Shown here one piece after another: positions 61,344 through 64,000 of a stretch of DNA of 64,000 bases. Position 1 is the first letter of the stretch; the number at the start of each line of letters is the position of its first letter. The notes under the pieces are model-generated. The model was not told the origin of the DNA. It saw only the letters and a list, made by a program, of their open reading frames with translations, and ran no database searches. The stretch spans positions 29,838 to 93,837 of the forward strand of contig CAWHLR010000035.1 in the NCBI GenBank assembly GCA_963830235.1. The letters are read 5' to 3'. This DNA is from an uncultured Verrucomicrobiae bacterium. GTDB taxonomy: Bacteria; Verrucomicrobiota; Verrucomicrobiia; Limisphaerales; UBA11358. Position numbers and translations under genes: made by a program.

Positions 61344-62096
61344 TTATTTCAGCCGCCACGCCAGCAGCGGCGCGACGGCGAGGGCGGGCAGAAAATTGGC
61401 CAGTTCCACCCGGCGAACCTCAAAAATCATCAAGGCAATGGCGCAGGCGACCAATCCGCCGACGGCACCCACCGGGTCAACCAAACCGTGTGCTTCGAGA
61501 AACGGTTTCACGTAAAACTGGCAGACGAACGTGATGCCGTCGAGAAAAGCATAGACGGGAAACGCCGACATGGCGGACGGCCAGCCGAACAACCTCACGA
61601 AACCGGTCATGGCCAGTCCGTCCATCACGGCTTTGACCGCCAGCAGCCAAAAATAACCGGATGGACTTTCCGCGGGCGGCAAGCCATCGGTCACGGCTCC
61701 CAGCAAACCCAGCGGCGCGGCGCAAAATAAAATGGTGCAGGCGATAAAACCGTCGCCGATTTTGCGCGGCGCGCCTGTTGACGCGGACGCAACCAGACGG
61801 CCCGCGTGGTGGCCCAGACGATTCGAGATTTTTTGCAGGCGCAGCAGTTTGCCAATCCAAAATCCCAGCGTCAGGGCGAGCACGGCAATGAACAGTTGCT
61901 TCAATCCGGATAAAAAAGGTCCGTTGACACTCAGCCAGACGAGCCGCAGGCCGAAGCCGATGGTGGACACGCCGAGCGCCGAATGGAAGAAAACCTGCAT
62001 CCGGACGGACAGCGGTCTGGGCATCGCCAGGCCGAAAAGCGCGCCGATCAAAATGCCCAGGGCGTTGAGAAATGCGCCGGTCACACGCTGACTCAA
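61344..62096 (-). CDS. DUF554 (YqgA-like) membrane protein
   Basis: N-terminus GAFLNALGILIGALFG and a 250-aa polytopic profile. Confidence 0.6.
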   Translation of the reverse strand: MSQRVTGAFLNALGILIGALFGLAMPRPLSVRMQVFFHSALGVSTIGFGLRLVWLSVNGPFLSGLKQLFIAVLALTLGFWIGKLLRLQKISNRLGHHAGRLVASASTGAPRKIGDGFIACTILFCAAPLGLLGAVTDGLPPAESPSGYFWLLAVKAVMDGLAMTGFVRLFGWPSAMSAFPVYAFLDGITFVCQFYVKPFLEAHGLVDPVGAVGGLVACAIALMIFEVRRVELANFLPALAVAPLLAWRLK

Positions 62097-62167
62097 CGCG
62101 GGCCGCAGCCAAAGCGCAAGCCGGAAATTTTTTGCCCGGATGGCTTTAACCTGTTACTCAAGGGCGG

Positions 62168-63458
62168 ATGGCCGACGCAAAAACCAGCTCCCGCAGCCCG
62201 TGGTTTTGGATTCCCACGGTGTATTTTGCCGAGGGAATGCCGAATGCGCTGGTGGCAACGGTGTCGGTCATGCTCTACAACGACCTCGGCGTGTCGAACG
62301 CGGCCATCGCGTTTTACACCAGCTGGCTCTATCTGCCCTGGGTCATCAAACCCTTGTGGAGTCCGGCCGTGGATATTCTCAAAACCCGGCGGATGTGGAT
62401 TTGGACGATGCAACTGTTGCTCGGCCTTGGCCTGGCCGGTGTGGCCCTGATGATTCCCACGCCGCATTTTGTCCAGTGGACAATCGTCTTTTTTGGATTG
62501 CTGGCATTCAGTTCTGCCACCCACGACATAGCCGCCGATGGCTTTTACATGCTGGCGGCGACGGAGCGCGAGCAGTCGTTCTTCATCGGCTTTCGCAGCA
62601 TACTTTTCAACATCGGAAAAATTTCCGCGCAGGGCGGGCTGGTTTATCTTGCCGGCCGGTTGGCCCGGCACACCGGCAACACCCCGTTCGCGTGGTCGGC
62701 GGCGTTTGCTCTCGCCGCCGGAGTTTTTTTGATCCTGGGCGTTTACCATCGTTTCATCCTGCCCCGCCCGGCAGCGGATGAACCCAAGGTGGCCGGGGGG
62801 GCGGAGATTTTTTGGCCGGATTTTTCAAAACGTTCGGGTCATTTTTCCAAAAACCGAAAATCGTCGTGCTGCTTGCTTTTTTTATTGCTCTACCGGCTGG
62901 GCGAAGCGCAACTGGTGAAAATCATCCCGATCTTTTTACACGCGCCGCTGGAAAAAGGCGGGCTGGGACTGGCCATCGAGCAAAATCAGCCTGGTTTACG
63001 GTACCGTCGGCGTTATCGCATTCATGGCTGGCGCGTTGCTCGGCGGCTTCGTGGTGTCGCGGCAGGGACTGAAATTCTGGCTGTGGCCGATGTTGCTGGC
63101 GATTCATCTGCCCGACACGGTGTTCATCTGGTTCGCTTACGCCCAGCCGGAAAATTTCCGAGCGATTGGCGCGGGCGTGGCGGTGGAACAATTCGGCTAC
63201 GGGTTCGGCTTCACGGCGTTCATGCTTTACATGATTTACATCGCGCGCGGCGAACATCAGACGGCGCATTACGCGATTTGCACCGGCTTCATGGCGCTGG
63301 GCATGATGGTGCCGGGCATGTGGAGCGGCTGGTTGCAGGAGCACATCGGTTATCAACACTTCTTCATGTGGGTGCTGCTGGCGACCATTCCGAGTTTCAT
63401 CGTGGCCCGGCTGATTCCGTTGGATTCTCATTTCGGAAGGAAAGCGGCCACTGAATGA
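62168..63458 (+). CDS. ampG: AmpG-like MFS permease, with three frame changes within ~180 nt
   Basis: N-terminus WFWIPTVYFAEGMPNALV. The frame changes fall at the G7 run (62795-62801), the T7 run (62877-62883) and ~62973. The pieces 62168.., 62812.. and 63024.. join seamlessly. Confidence 0.7.
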
Positions 63459-64000
63459 TGGTTATGGATGCTTCCCCCAAAAAACGACTTTGTTGGGCAA
63501 CAGTGATTCACTGGCTGGCCGGAGCCACGGCGCTGCTGTATGCGCTGTCGAGGTTCCTGCCGCTCTCGCCACAGTTGCACAATTCGATTCTGGACAACTC
63601 ATGGATGCAGGCGTTGCACCTGGCGTTTGAACAGCATTGGCAATTTGGCCGCGACCTGGTTTTTACCTTTGGCCCCTGGGGTTTTTTATGCGGAGGCTAT
63701 TCGCCGCCGACCTTTGCGGTTTCCGTGATCGTGTGGACCATGCTCTCGCTGGTATTTTGGCGGGCGGGATGGCGACTGGCCCGCCATTTTTCCGGCCGCC
63801 CGCTGGTTGCCTGGTTCTGGCTGATGGGATTTATCGCCGTAACCGGGATGGCGGTGGAACAGAGCATTGACCTGCGGCTGGCCGCCTGTTCGGCGCTGCT
63901 ATTGTTGCTGCATTTTTTCGTGGAGGATCGTCCGGTCACACTGATACAAGCCGGGTTGGTGGTGTCATTCGGCGTCTTAAGCCTGACGAAATTCACCGGC
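63458..64000 (+). CDS. membrane protein, 3'-partial (runs off the window)
   Basis: 181 codons from ATG 63458 to the window end, with no stop. Hydrophobic, W-rich sequence. Absent from the ORF track because it has no stop in the window. Confidence 0.45.
   Translation, partial: MVMDASPKKRLCWATVIHWLAGATALLYALSRFLPLSPQLHNSILDNSWMQALHLAFEQHWQFGRDLVFTFGPWGFLCGGYSPPTFAVSVIVWTMLSLVFWRAGWRLARHFSGRPLVAWFWLMGFIAVTGMAVEQSIDLRLAACSALLLLLHFFVEDRPVTLIQAGLVVSFGVLSLTKFTG

Overview
GC-rich (~60%) window. All product calls come from reading the translations; no database search was run. The lineage looks like the PVC superphylum, probably Verrucomicrobiota. Evidence: an H-X9-DG prepilin-like protein, DapL, and lineage-typical short repeats. 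There is no rRNA, no intact tRNA and no CRISPR array.

Left ~30.4 kb: composite mobile/defence island.
- 1-15568 is a phage-like element with an AlpA-like HTH, prim-pol, TerS, TerL, portal, scaffold, major capsid and head-tail adaptor. No tail, lysis or lysogeny-switch genes are visible.
- A 5.7 kb cargo insertion separates terL from portal. It carries a DUF4177-like gene, two small genes of a type I associate with conjugative leading regions, a ~1.9 kb ORF-free hairpin-dense region with ~36-nt tandem hairpin repeats, and an AIPR-type abortive-infection gene.
- 15633-16909 is a toxin-antitoxin-chaperone (TAC) module. Its SecB-like chaperone is missing from the ORF track and carries an in-frame TAA.
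- 17063-18115 is an ImmA/XRE pair with a perfect 30-bp palindrome.
- 18162-29574 is a helicase(SNF2+DUF3883-like) / DUF1156 methyltransferase / DUF499 (BrxC/PglY-like) ATPase triad. A lower-GC AbiL-like (RloA/RloB-like) pair is nested inside it. The DUF499 gene is shattered by more than 10 frame changes.
- A tRNA 3'-end fragment at 30351-30377 may mark the island boundary.

Right ~33.6 kb: core chromosome. Genes: trmB, folA, thyA, exbB/exbD/tonB-like, hpt, nupC-like, dapL, Ser/Thr kinase, lptE-like, bamD, guaA, GT39-like, recG, coaB-like and ampG-like. Also present:
- a frameshifted RAYT flanked by REP-like hairpins between folA and thyA
- a MazF pair with an unlisted 57-aa antitoxin
- a family of 7-nt-phased tandem repeats, two of them in frame inside recG
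- a 130-nt element with perfect 24-bp inverted termini

Caveat: about nine isolated frameshifts occur in otherwise conserved genes, two of them at G7 and T7 homopolymers in ampG. Many apparent pseudogenes may therefore be assembly errors.
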